Part shown: positions 1-7,592 of the stretch, in pieces
How the letters are laid out: each line of letters opens with the position of its first letter
Numbering within the stretch: position 1 is the first letter of the stretch
Source of the DNA: Mycobacterium tuberculosis H37Rv
GTDB taxonomy: Bacteria > Actinomycetota > Actinomycetes > Mycobacteriales > Mycobacteriaceae
Assembly (NCBI RefSeq): GCF_000195955.2
Contig: NC_000962.3
Coordinates: 4,350,001-4,382,000, forward strand
Length of the DNA stretch: 32,000 nt
Direction: 5' to 3'
Program-made: the position numbers and the translations under genes
Notes under the pieces: model-generated
The model's input: only the letters and a program-made list of their open reading frames with translations
Told to the model about the DNA's origin: nothing
Database searches by the model: none

Positions 1-602
1 CCATTTGTGCCCGAAACAGTCCCCAGCAGGTGCGGTTCATGCTCGCGGACTACCGCTCGGGCCTGCTGGACGCGGTGCCGGACACCCATCTGCTGGGCGC
101 CGGCGCGATCAACCGCAACAGCGCGTCGCTAGACGAGGCCGTTCAAGCACTGGCGGTCAACCTGAAGAAGCGGTTGCCGCCGACCGACCTGACGACGGCG
201 CAGCTACGCTCGCGTTCGTGGTGGAGCGGATTTGACGTCGTGCTTCTGGTCGACGATTGGCACATGATCGTGGGTGCCGCCGGGGGGATGCCGCCGATGG
301 CACCGCTGGCCCCGTTATTGCCGGCGGCGGCAGATATCGGGTTGCACATCATTGTCACCTGTCAGATGAGCCAGGCTTACAAGGCAACCATGGACAAGTT
401 CGTCGGCGCCGCATTCGGGTCGGGCGCTCCGACAATGTTCCTTTCGGGCGAGAAGCAGGAATTCCCATCCAGTGAGTTCAAGGTCAAGCGGCGCCCCCCT
501 GGCCAGGCATTTCTCGTCTCGCCAGACGGCAAAGAGGTCATCCAGGCCCCCTACATCGAGCCTCCAGAAGAAGTGTTCGCAGCACCCCCAAGCGCCGGTT
601 AA
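1..602 (+). CDS. eccCb1: EccCb1 (Rv3871), ESX-1 FtsK/SpoIIIE-type ATPase subunit; 3' partial, 5' end lies outside the window
   Basis: Frame 3 is open from the window edge to TAA at 600-602. The translated C-terminus (...[23 protein letters not shown]...[39 protein letters not shown]) is recognised as the last NBD and tail of EccCb1. It sits directly upstream of PE35-PPE68-esxBA as in ESX-1. Confidence 0.93.
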
Positions 603-744
603 GATTATTTCATTGCCGGTGTAGCAGGACCCGAGCTCAGCCCGGTAATCGAGTTCGGGCAATGCTGACCATCGGGTTTGTTTCCGGCTATAACCGAACG
701 GTTTGTGTACGGGATACAAATACAGGGAGGGAAGAAGTAGGCAA

Positions 745-1044
745 ATGGAAAAAATGTCACATGATCCGATCGCTGCCGACATTGGCACGCAAGTGAGCGA
801 CAACGCTCTGCACGGCGTGACGGCCGGCTCGACGGCGCTGACGTCGGTGACCGGGCTGGTTCCCGCGGGGGCCGATGAGGTCTCCGCCCAAGCGGCGACG
901 GCGTTCACATCGGAGGGCATCCAATTGCTGGCTTCCAATGCATCGGCCCAAGACCAGCTCCACCGTGCGGGCGAAGCGGTCCAGGACGTCGCCCGCACCT
1001 ATTCGCAAATCGACGACGGCGCCGCCGGCGTCTTCGCCGAATAG
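745..1044 (+). CDS. PE35: PE35 (Rv3872), ESX-1-associated PE protein, 99 aa
   Basis: ATG at 745 is preceded by purine-rich GGGAGGGAAGAAG (725-737). The product MEKMSHDPIAADIG...YSQIDDGAAGVFAE has a PE-like two-helix N-terminus and a YxxxD motif (YSQID) near the C-terminus. The track ORF start at 703 is an upstream extension without an SD. Confidence 0.93.
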   Translation: MEKMSHDPIAADIGTQVSDNALHGVTAGSTALTSVTGLVPAGADEVSAQAATAFTSEGIQLLASNASAQDQLHRAGEAVQDVARTYSQIDDGAAGVFAE

Positions 1045-1074
1045 GCCCCCAACACATCGGAGGGAGTGATCACC

Positions 1075-2181
1075 ATGCTGTGGCACGCAATGCCACCGGA
1101 GCTAAATACCGCACGGCTGATGGCCGGCGCGGGTCCGGCTCCAATGCTTGCGGCGGCCGCGGGATGGCAGACGCTTTCGGCGGCTCTGGACGCTCAGGCC
1201 GTCGAGTTGACCGCGCGCCTGAACTCTCTGGGAGAAGCCTGGACTGGAGGTGGCAGCGACAAGGCGCTTGCGGCTGCAACGCCGATGGTGGTCTGGCTAC
1301 AAACCGCGTCAACACAGGCCAAGACCCGTGCGATGCAGGCGACGGCGCAAGCCGCGGCATACACCCAGGCCATGGCCACGACGCCGTCGCTGCCGGAGAT
1401 CGCCGCCAACCACATCACCCAGGCCGTCCTTACGGCCACCAACTTCTTCGGTATCAACACGATCCCGATCGCGTTGACCGAGATGGATTATTTCATCCGT
1501 ATGTGGAACCAGGCAGCCCTGGCAATGGAGGTCTACCAGGCCGAGACCGCGGTTAACACGCTTTTCGAGAAGCTCGAGCCGATGGCGTCGATCCTTGATC
1601 CCGGCGCGAGCCAGAGCACGACGAACCCGATCTTCGGAATGCCCTCCCCTGGCAGCTCAACACCGGTTGGCCAGTTGCCGCCGGCGGCTACCCAGACCCT
1701 CGGCCAACTGGGTGAGATGAGCGGCCCGATGCAGCAGCTGACCCAGCCGCTGCAGCAGGTGACGTCGTTGTTCAGCCAGGTGGGCGGCACCGGCGGCGGC
1801 AACCCAGCCGACGAGGAAGCCGCGCAGATGGGCCTGCTCGGCACCAGTCCGCTGTCGAACCATCCGCTGGCTGGTGGATCAGGCCCCAGCGCGGGCGCGG
1901 GCCTGCTGCGCGCGGAGTCGCTACCTGGCGCAGGTGGGTCGTTGACCCGCACGCCGCTGATGTCTCAGCTGATCGAAAAGCCGGTTGCCCCCTCGGTGAT
2001 GCCGGCGGCTGCTGCCGGATCGTCGGCGACGGGTGGCGCCGCTCCGGTGGGTGCGGGAGCGATGGGCCAGGGTGCGCAATCCGGCGGCTCCACCAGGCCG
2101 GGTCTGGTCGCGCCGGCACCGCTCGCGCAGGAGCGTGAAGAAGACGACGAGGACGACTGGGACGAAGAGGACGACTGGTGA
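1075..2181 (+). CDS. PPE68: PPE68 (Rv3873), ESX-1-associated PPE protein, 368 aa
   Basis: ATG at 1075 lies 9 nt after SD GGAGGGA (1059-1065). The N-terminus [15 protein letters not shown] carries the PPE motif, and a WxG is present (EAWTGGG). The C-terminal half is Gly/Pro/Gln-rich and ends in the acidic tail [16 protein letters not shown]. Confidence 0.95.
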
Positions 2182-2201
2182 GCTCCCGTAATGACAACAG
2201 A

Positions 2202-2240
2202 CTTCCCGGCCACCCGGGCCGGAAGACTTGCCAACATTTT
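2202..2240 (+). promoter_or_regulatory. Stem-loop in the PPE68-esxB spacer (candidate attenuator or processing site)
   Basis: CTTCC-C-GGCC (2202-2211), loop ACCCG, then GGCC-GGAAG (2217-2225). This gives 9 bp with one bulge. A TTTT run lies at 2237-2240, 11 nt downstream. Confidence 0.35.
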
Positions 2241-2273
2241 GGCGAGGAAGGTAAAGAGAGAAAGTAGTCCAGC

Positions 2274-2576
2274 ATGGCAGAGATGAAGACCGATGCCGCT
2301 ACCCTCGCGCAGGAGGCAGGTAATTTCGAGCGGATCTCCGGCGACCTGAAAACCCAGATCGACCAGGTGGAGTCGACGGCAGGTTCGTTGCAGGGCCAGT
2401 GGCGCGGCGCGGCGGGGACGGCCGCCCAGGCCGCGGTGGTGCGCTTCCAAGAAGCAGCCAATAAGCAGAAGCAGGAACTCGACGAGATCTCGACGAATAT
2501 TCGTCAGGCCGGCGTCCAATACTCGAGGGCCGACGAGGAGCAGCAGCAGGCGCTGTCCTCGCAAATGGGCTTCTGA
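2274..2576 (+). CDS. esxB: EsxB / CFP-10 (Rv3874), WXG100 ESX-1 substrate, 100 aa
   Basis: Sequence MAEMKTDAATLAQEAGNFERISGDLKTQIDQVESTAGSLQGQWRGAAGTAAQ...YSRADEEQQQALSSQMGF is recognised in full as CFP-10. It has WXG (WRG) and the C-terminal YxxxD secretion signal (YSRAD). Confidence 0.98.
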   Translation: MAEMKTDAATLAQEAGNFERISGDLKTQIDQVESTAGSLQGQWRGAAGTAAQAAVVRFQEAANKQKQELDEISTNIRQAGVQYSRADEEQQQALSSQMGF

Positions 2577-2584
2577 CCCGCTAA

Positions 2585-2896
<312 letters not shown>

Positions 2897-2936
2897 GGCA
2901 ACGCCGAGTTCGCGTAGAATAGCGAAACACGGGATC

Positions 2937-2980
2937 GGGCGAGTTCGACCTTCCGTCGGTCTCGCCCTTTCTCGTGTTTA
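2937..2980 (+). terminator. Candidate intrinsic terminator downstream of esxA
   Basis: GGGCGAG (2937-2943) pairs with CTCGCCC (2961-2967), and inner CGAC (2946-2949) pairs with GTCG (2955-2958) around a 5-nt loop CTTCC. This is followed by the T-rich tail TTTCTCGTGTTTAT (2968-2981). It lies 41 nt after the esxA stop and 30 nt before the espI ATG. Confidence 0.55.
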
Positions 2981-3009
2981 TACGTTTGAGCGCACTCTGA
3001 GAGGTTGTC

Positions 3010-5010
3010 ATGGCGGCCGACTACGACAAGCTCTTCCGGCCGCACGAAGGTATGGAAGCTCCGGACGATATGGCAGCGCAGCCGTTCTTCGACCCCAGTG
3101 CTTCGTTTCCGCCGGCGCCCGCATCGGCAAACCTACCGAAGCCCAACGGCCAGACTCCGCCCCCGACGTCCGACGACCTGTCGGAGCGGTTCGTGTCGGC
3201 CCCGCCGCCGCCACCCCCACCCCCACCTCCGCCTCCGCCAACTCCGATGCCGATCGCCGCAGGAGAGCCGCCCTCGCCGGAACCGGCCGCATCTAAACCA
3301 CCCACACCCCCCATGCCCATCGCCGGACCCGAACCGGCCCCACCCAAACCACCCACACCCCCCATGCCCATCGCCGGACCCGAACCGGCCCCACCCAAAC
3401 CACCCACACCTCCGATGCCCATCGCCGGACCTGCACCCACCCCAACCGAATCCCAGTTGGCGCCCCCCAGACCACCGACACCACAAACGCCAACCGGAGC
3501 GCCGCAGCAACCGGAATCACCGGCGCCCCACGTACCCTCGCACGGGCCACATCAACCCCGGCGCACCGCACCAGCACCGCCCTGGGCAAAGATGCCAATC
3601 GGCGAACCCCCGCCCGCTCCGTCCAGACCGTCTGCGTCCCCGGCCGAACCACCGACCCGGCCTGCCCCCCAACACTCCCGACGTGCGCGCCGGGGTCACC
3701 GCTATCGCACAGACACCGAACGAAACGTCGGGAAGGTAGCAACTGGTCCATCCATCCAGGCGCGGCTGCGGGCAGAGGAAGCATCCGGCGCGCAGCTCGC
3801 CCCCGGAACGGAGCCCTCGCCAGCGCCGTTGGGCCAACCGAGATCGTATCTGGCTCCGCCCACCCGCCCCGCGCCGACAGAACCTCCCCCCAGCCCCTCG
3901 CCGCAGCGCAACTCCGGTCGGCGTGCCGAGCGACGCGTCCACCCCGATTTAGCCGCCCAACATGCCGCGGCGCAACCTGATTCAATTACGGCCGCAACCA
4001 CTGGCGGTCGTCGCCGCAAGCGTGCAGCGCCGGATCTCGACGCGACACAGAAATCCTTAAGGCCGGCGGCCAAGGGGCCGAAGGTGAAGAAGGTGAAGCC
4101 CCAGAAACCGAAGGCCACGAAGCCGCCCAAAGTGGTGTCGCAGCGCGGCTGGCGACATTGGGTGCATGCGTTGACGCGAATCAACCTGGGCCTGTCACCC
4201 GACGAGAAGTACGAGCTGGACCTGCACGCTCGAGTCCGCCGCAATCCCCGCGGGTCGTATCAGATCGCCGTCGTCGGTCTCAAAGGTGGGGCTGGCAAAA
4301 CCACGCTGACAGCAGCGTTGGGGTCGACGTTGGCTCAGGTGCGGGCCGACCGGATCCTGGCTCTAGACGCGGATCCAGGCGCCGGAAACCTCGCCGATCG
4401 GGTAGGGCGACAATCGGGCGCGACCATCGCTGATGTGCTTGCAGAAAAAGAGCTGTCGCACTACAACGACATCCGCGCACACACTAGCGTCAATGCGGTC
4501 AATCTGGAAGTGCTGCCGGCACCGGAATACAGCTCGGCGCAGCGCGCGCTCAGCGACGCCGACTGGCATTTCATCGCCGATCCTGCGTCGAGGTTTTACA
4601 ACCTCGTCTTGGCTGATTGTGGGGCCGGCTTCTTCGACCCGCTGACCCGCGGCGTGCTGTCCACGGTGTCCGGTGTCGTGGTCGTGGCAAGTGTCTCAAT
4701 CGACGGCGCACAACAGGCGTCGGTCGCGTTGGACTGGTTGCGCAACAACGGTTACCAAGATTTGGCGAGCCGCGCATGCGTGGTCATCAATCACATCATG
4801 CCGGGAGAACCCAATGTCGCAGTTAAAGACCTGGTGCGGCATTTCGAACAGCAAGTTCAACCCGGCCGGGTCGTGGTCATGCCGTGGGACAGGCACATTG
4901 CGGCCGGAACCGAGATTTCACTCGACTTGCTCGACCCTATCTACAAGCGCAAGGTCCTCGAATTGGCCGCAGCGCTATCCGACGATTTCGAGAGGGCTGG
5001 ACGTCGTTGA
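3010..5010 (+). CDS. espI: EspI (Rv3876), ESX-1 secretion-associated protein: Pro-rich N-terminal two-thirds plus C-terminal ParA/MinD-like ATPase domain, 666 aa
   Basis: ATG at 3010 follows GAGAGG (2998-3003). The protein has a 13-Pro run, 17-aa tandem repeats (KPPTPPMPIAGPEPAPP) and a basic KVKKVKPQKPKATKPPK stretch. The C-terminal domain carries the deviant Walker A VVGLKGGAGKTT (nt 4276-4305, Lys codon at 4282-4284 = K425) and a Walker B-like LVLADCG. Confidence 0.95.
   Translation: MAADYDKLFRPHEGMEAPDDMAAQPFFDPSASFPPAPASANLPKPNGQTPPPTSDDLSERFVSAPPPPPPPPPPPPPTPMPIAAGEPPSPEPAASKPPTPPMPIAGPEPAPPKPPTPPMPIAGPEPAPPKPPTPPMPIAGPAPTPTESQLAPPRPPTPQTPTGAPQQPESPAPHVPSHGPHQPRRTAPAPPWAKMPIGEPPPAPSRPSASPAEPPTRPAPQHSRRARRGHRYRTDTERNVGKVATGPSIQARLRAEEASGAQLAPGTEPSPAPLGQPRSYLAPPTRPAPTEPPPSPSPQRNSGRRAERRVHPDLAAQHAAAQPDSITAATTGGRRRKRAAPDLDATQKSLRPAAKGPKVKKVKPQKPKATKPPKVVSQRGWRHWVHALTRINLGLSPDEKYELDLHARVRRNPRGSYQIAVVGLKGGAGKTTLTAALGSTLAQVRADRILALDADPGAGNLADRVGRQSGATIADVLAEKELSHYNDIRAHTSVNAVNLEVLPAPEYSSAQRALSDADWHFIADPASRFYNLVLADCGAGFFDPLTRGVLSTVSGVVVVASVSIDGAQQASVALDWLRNNGYQDLASRACVVINHIMPGEPNVAVKDLVRHFEQQVQPGRVVVMPWDRHIAAGTEISLDLLDPIYKRKVLELAAALSDDFERAGRR
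3295..3431 (+). repeat. In-frame 51-bp tandem repeat inside espI: two identical units plus one diverged partial unit, encoding KPPTPPMPIAGPEPAPP
   Basis: Units at 3295-3345 and 3346-3396 are identical base for base (aaaccacccacaccccccatgcccatcgccggacccgaaccggccccaccc). A third copy from 3397 diverges (cacctccgatg..., cctgcaccc). A more degenerate copy precedes it at about 3238-3294. A run of 13 consecutive Pro codons lies at 3202-3240. Confidence 0.9.
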
Positions 5011-6542
5011 GCGCACCTGCTGTTGCTGCTGGTCCTACCGCCGCGGGGGCAACCGCTGCGCGGCCTGCCACCACCCGGGTGACGATCCTGACCGGCAGAC
5101 GGATGACCGATTTGGTACTGCCAGCGGCGGTGCCGATGGAAACTTATATTGACGACACCGTCGCGGTGCTTTCCGAGGTGTTGGAAGACACGCCGGCTGA
5201 TGTACTCGGCGGCTTCGACTTTACCGCGCAAGGCGTGTGGGCGTTCGCTCGTCCCGGATCGCCGCCGCTGAAGCTCGACCAGTCACTCGATGACGCCGGG
5301 GTGGTCGACGGGTCACTGCTGACTCTGGTGTCAGTCAGTCGCACCGAGCGCTACCGACCGTTGGTCGAGGATGTCATCGACGCGATCGCCGTGCTTGACG
5401 AGTCACCTGAGTTCGACCGCACGGCATTGAATCGCTTTGTGGGGGCGGCGATCCCGCTTTTGACCGCGCCCGTCATCGGGATGGCGATGCGGGCGTGGTG
5501 GGAAACTGGGCGTAGCTTGTGGTGGCCGTTGGCGATTGGCATCCTGGGGATCGCTGTGCTGGTAGGCAGCTTCGTCGCGAACAGGTTCTACCAGAGCGGC
5601 CACCTGGCCGAGTGCCTACTGGTCACGACGTATCTGCTGATCGCAACCGCCGCAGCGCTGGCCGTGCCGTTGCCGCGCGGGGTCAACTCGTTGGGGGCGC
5701 CACAAGTTGCCGGCGCCGCTACGGCCGTGCTGTTTTTGACCTTGATGACGCGGGGCGGCCCTCGGAAGCGTCATGAGTTGGCGTCGTTTGCCGTGATCAC
5801 CGCTATCGCGGTCATCGCGGCCGCCGCTGCCTTCGGCTATGGATACCAGGACTGGGTCCCCGCGGGGGGGATCGCATTCGGGCTGTTCATTGTGACGAAT
5901 GCGGCCAAGCTGACCGTCGCGGTCGCGCGGATCGCGCTGCCGCCGATTCCGGTACCCGGCGAAACCGTGGACAACGAGGAGTTGCTCGATCCCGTCGCGA
6001 CCCCGGAGGCTACCAGCGAAGAAACCCCGACCTGGCAGGCCATCATCGCGTCGGTGCCCGCGTCCGCGGTCCGGCTCACCGAGCGCAGCAAACTGGCCAA
6101 GCAACTTCTGATCGGATACGTCACGTCGGGCACCCTGATTCTGGCTGCCGGTGCCATCGCGGTCGTGGTGCGCGGGCACTTCTTTGTACACAGCCTGGTG
6201 GTCGCGGGTTTGATCACGACCGTCTGCGGATTTCGCTCGCGGCTTTACGCCGAGCGCTGGTGTGCGTGGGCGTTGCTGGCGGCGACGGTCGCGATTCCGA
6301 CGGGTCTGACGGCCAAACTCATCATCTGGTACCCGCACTATGCCTGGCTGTTGTTGAGCGTCTACCTCACGGTAGCCCTGGTTGCGCTCGTGGTGGTCGG
6401 GTCGATGGCTCACGTCCGGCGCGTTTCACCGGTCGTAAAACGAACTCTGGAATTGATCGACGGCGCCATGATCGCTGCCATCATTCCCATGCTGCTGTGG
6501 ATCACCGGGGTGTACGACACGGTCCGCAATATCCGGTTCTGA
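5007..6542 (+). CDS. eccD1: EccD1 (Rv3877), ESX-1 polytopic membrane core component, 511 aa
   Basis: The TTG start at 5007 overlaps the espI TGA (TTGA at 5007-5010) and gives the 511-aa length I remember. The N-terminal soluble ubiquitin-like region (TRVTILTGRRMTDLVLPAAVPMETYIDD...) is followed by about 11 hydrophobic helices. The track ORF from 4884 overlaps the espI 3' end and is an out-of-frame extension. Confidence 0.92.
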   Translation: MSAPAVAAGPTAAGATAARPATTRVTILTGRRMTDLVLPAAVPMETYIDDTVAVLSEVLEDTPADVLGGFDFTAQGVWAFARPGSPPLKLDQSLDDAGVVDGSLLTLVSVSRTERYRPLVEDVIDAIAVLDESPEFDRTALNRFVGAAIPLLTAPVIGMAMRAWWETGRSLWWPLAIGILGIAVLVGSFVANRFYQSGHLAECLLVTTYLLIATAAALAVPLPRGVNSLGAPQVAGAATAVLFLTLMTRGGPRKRHELASFAVITAIAVIAAAAAFGYGYQDWVPAGGIAFGLFIVTNAAKLTVAVARIALPPIPVPGETVDNEELLDPVATPEATSEETPTWQAIIASVPASAVRLTERSKLAKQLLIGYVTSGTLILAAGAIAVVVRGHFFVHSLVVAGLITTVCGFRSRLYAERWCAWALLAATVAIPTGLTAKLIIWYPHYAWLLLSVYLTVALVALVVVGSMAHVRRVSPVVKRTLELIDGAMIAAIIPMLLWITGVYDTVRNIRF

Positions 6543-6692
6543 GCCGGATCGGCTGATTGGCGGTTCCTGACAGAACATCGAGGACACGGCGCAGGTTTGC
6601 ATACCTTCGGCGCCCGACAAATTGCTGCGATTGAGCGTGTGGCGCGTCCGGTAAAATTTGCTCGATGGGGAACACGTATAGGAGATCCGGCA

Positions 6693-7535
6693 ATGGCTGA
6701 ACCGTTGGCCGTCGATCCCACCGGCTTGAGCGCAGCGGCCGCGAAATTGGCCGGCCTCGTTTTTCCGCAGCCTCCGGCGCCGATCGCGGTCAGCGGAACG
6801 GATTCGGTGGTAGCAGCAATCAACGAGACCATGCCAAGCATCGAATCGCTGGTCAGTGACGGGCTGCCCGGCGTGAAAGCCGCCCTGACTCGAACAGCAT
6901 CCAACATGAACGCGGCGGCGGACGTCTATGCGAAGACCGATCAGTCACTGGGAACCAGTTTGAGCCAGTATGCATTCGGCTCGTCGGGCGAAGGCCTGGC
7001 TGGCGTCGCCTCGGTCGGTGGTCAGCCAAGTCAGGCTACCCAGCTGCTGAGCACACCCGTGTCACAGGTCACGACCCAGCTCGGCGAGACGGCCGCTGAG
7101 CTGGCACCCCGTGTTGTTGCGACGGTGCCGCAACTCGTTCAGCTGGCTCCGCACGCCGTTCAGATGTCGCAAAACGCATCCCCCATCGCTCAGACGATCA
7201 GTCAAACCGCCCAACAGGCCGCCCAGAGCGCGCAGGGCGGCAGCGGCCCAATGCCCGCACAGCTTGCCAGCGCTGAAAAACCGGCCACCGAGCAAGCGGA
7301 GCCGGTCCACGAAGTGACAAACGACGATCAGGGCGACCAGGGCGACGTGCAGCCGGCCGAGGTCGTTGCCGCGGCACGTGACGAAGGCGCCGGCGCATCA
7401 CCGGGCCAGCAGCCCGGCGGGGGCGTTCCCGCGCAAGCCATGGATACCGGAGCCGGTGCCCGCCCAGCGGCGAGTCCGCTGGCGGCCCCCGTCGATCCGT
7501 CGACTCCGGCACCCTCAACAACCACAACGTTGTAG
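6693..7535 (+). CDS. espJ: EspJ (Rv3878), ESX-1 secretion-associated protein, 280 aa
   Basis: ATG at 6693 lies 7 nt after AGGAGA (6680-6685). The product MAEPLAVDPTGLSAAAAKLAG... contains YxxxD (VYAKTD), followed by a Gln/Ala/Pro-rich low-complexity C-terminus. The track start at 6597 has no SD. Confidence 0.93.
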   Translation: MAEPLAVDPTGLSAAAAKLAGLVFPQPPAPIAVSGTDSVVAAINETMPSIESLVSDGLPGVKAALTRTASNMNAAADVYAKTDQSLGTSLSQYAFGSSGEGLAGVASVGGQPSQATQLLSTPVSQVTTQLGETAAELAPRVVATVPQLVQLAPHAVQMSQNASPIAQTISQTAQQAAQSAQGGSGPMPAQLASAEKPATEQAEPVHEVTNDDQGDQGDVQPAEVVAAARDEGAGASPGQQPGGGVPAQAMDTGAGARPAASPLAAPVDPSTPAPSTTTTL

Positions 7536-7592
7536 ACCGGGCCTGCCAGCGGCTCCGTCTCGCACGCAGCGCCTGTTGCTGTCCTGGCCTCG

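Noticed and set aside
603-744. Putative PE35 promoter (tataac at about 689-694, ggtttgt direct repeat at about 674 and 699)
   Set aside because: A promoter here is plausible, but I cannot place -10/-35 elements or a TSS with any confidence from sequence alone, so it is not reported as a feature.
3199-3431. Tandem repeats in espI (and espK 9130-9201) considered as a possible CRISPR or MIRU-like element
   Set aside because: The repeats are contiguous with no unique spacers, are in frame, and lie inside recognised coding sequences. They are coding low-complexity repeats.
3005-3985. Alternate-frame and antisense ORFs across the espI Pro-rich region (3005-3739+, 3021-3440-, 3133-3510-, 3293-3985-)
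   Set aside because: Same artefact: CCN-rich repeats keep several frames open. Only the 3010-5010 frame gives the recognised EspI protein with a ParA-like domain.
5616-6413. Long antisense ORFs opposite eccD1 (5616-6413-) and eccD2 (20434-21360+)
   Set aside because: Antisense reading of hydrophobic-helix codons (GCN/GTN/CTG) yields Arg/Asp/Gln/Pro-rich open frames. There is no independent start-site or SD support.
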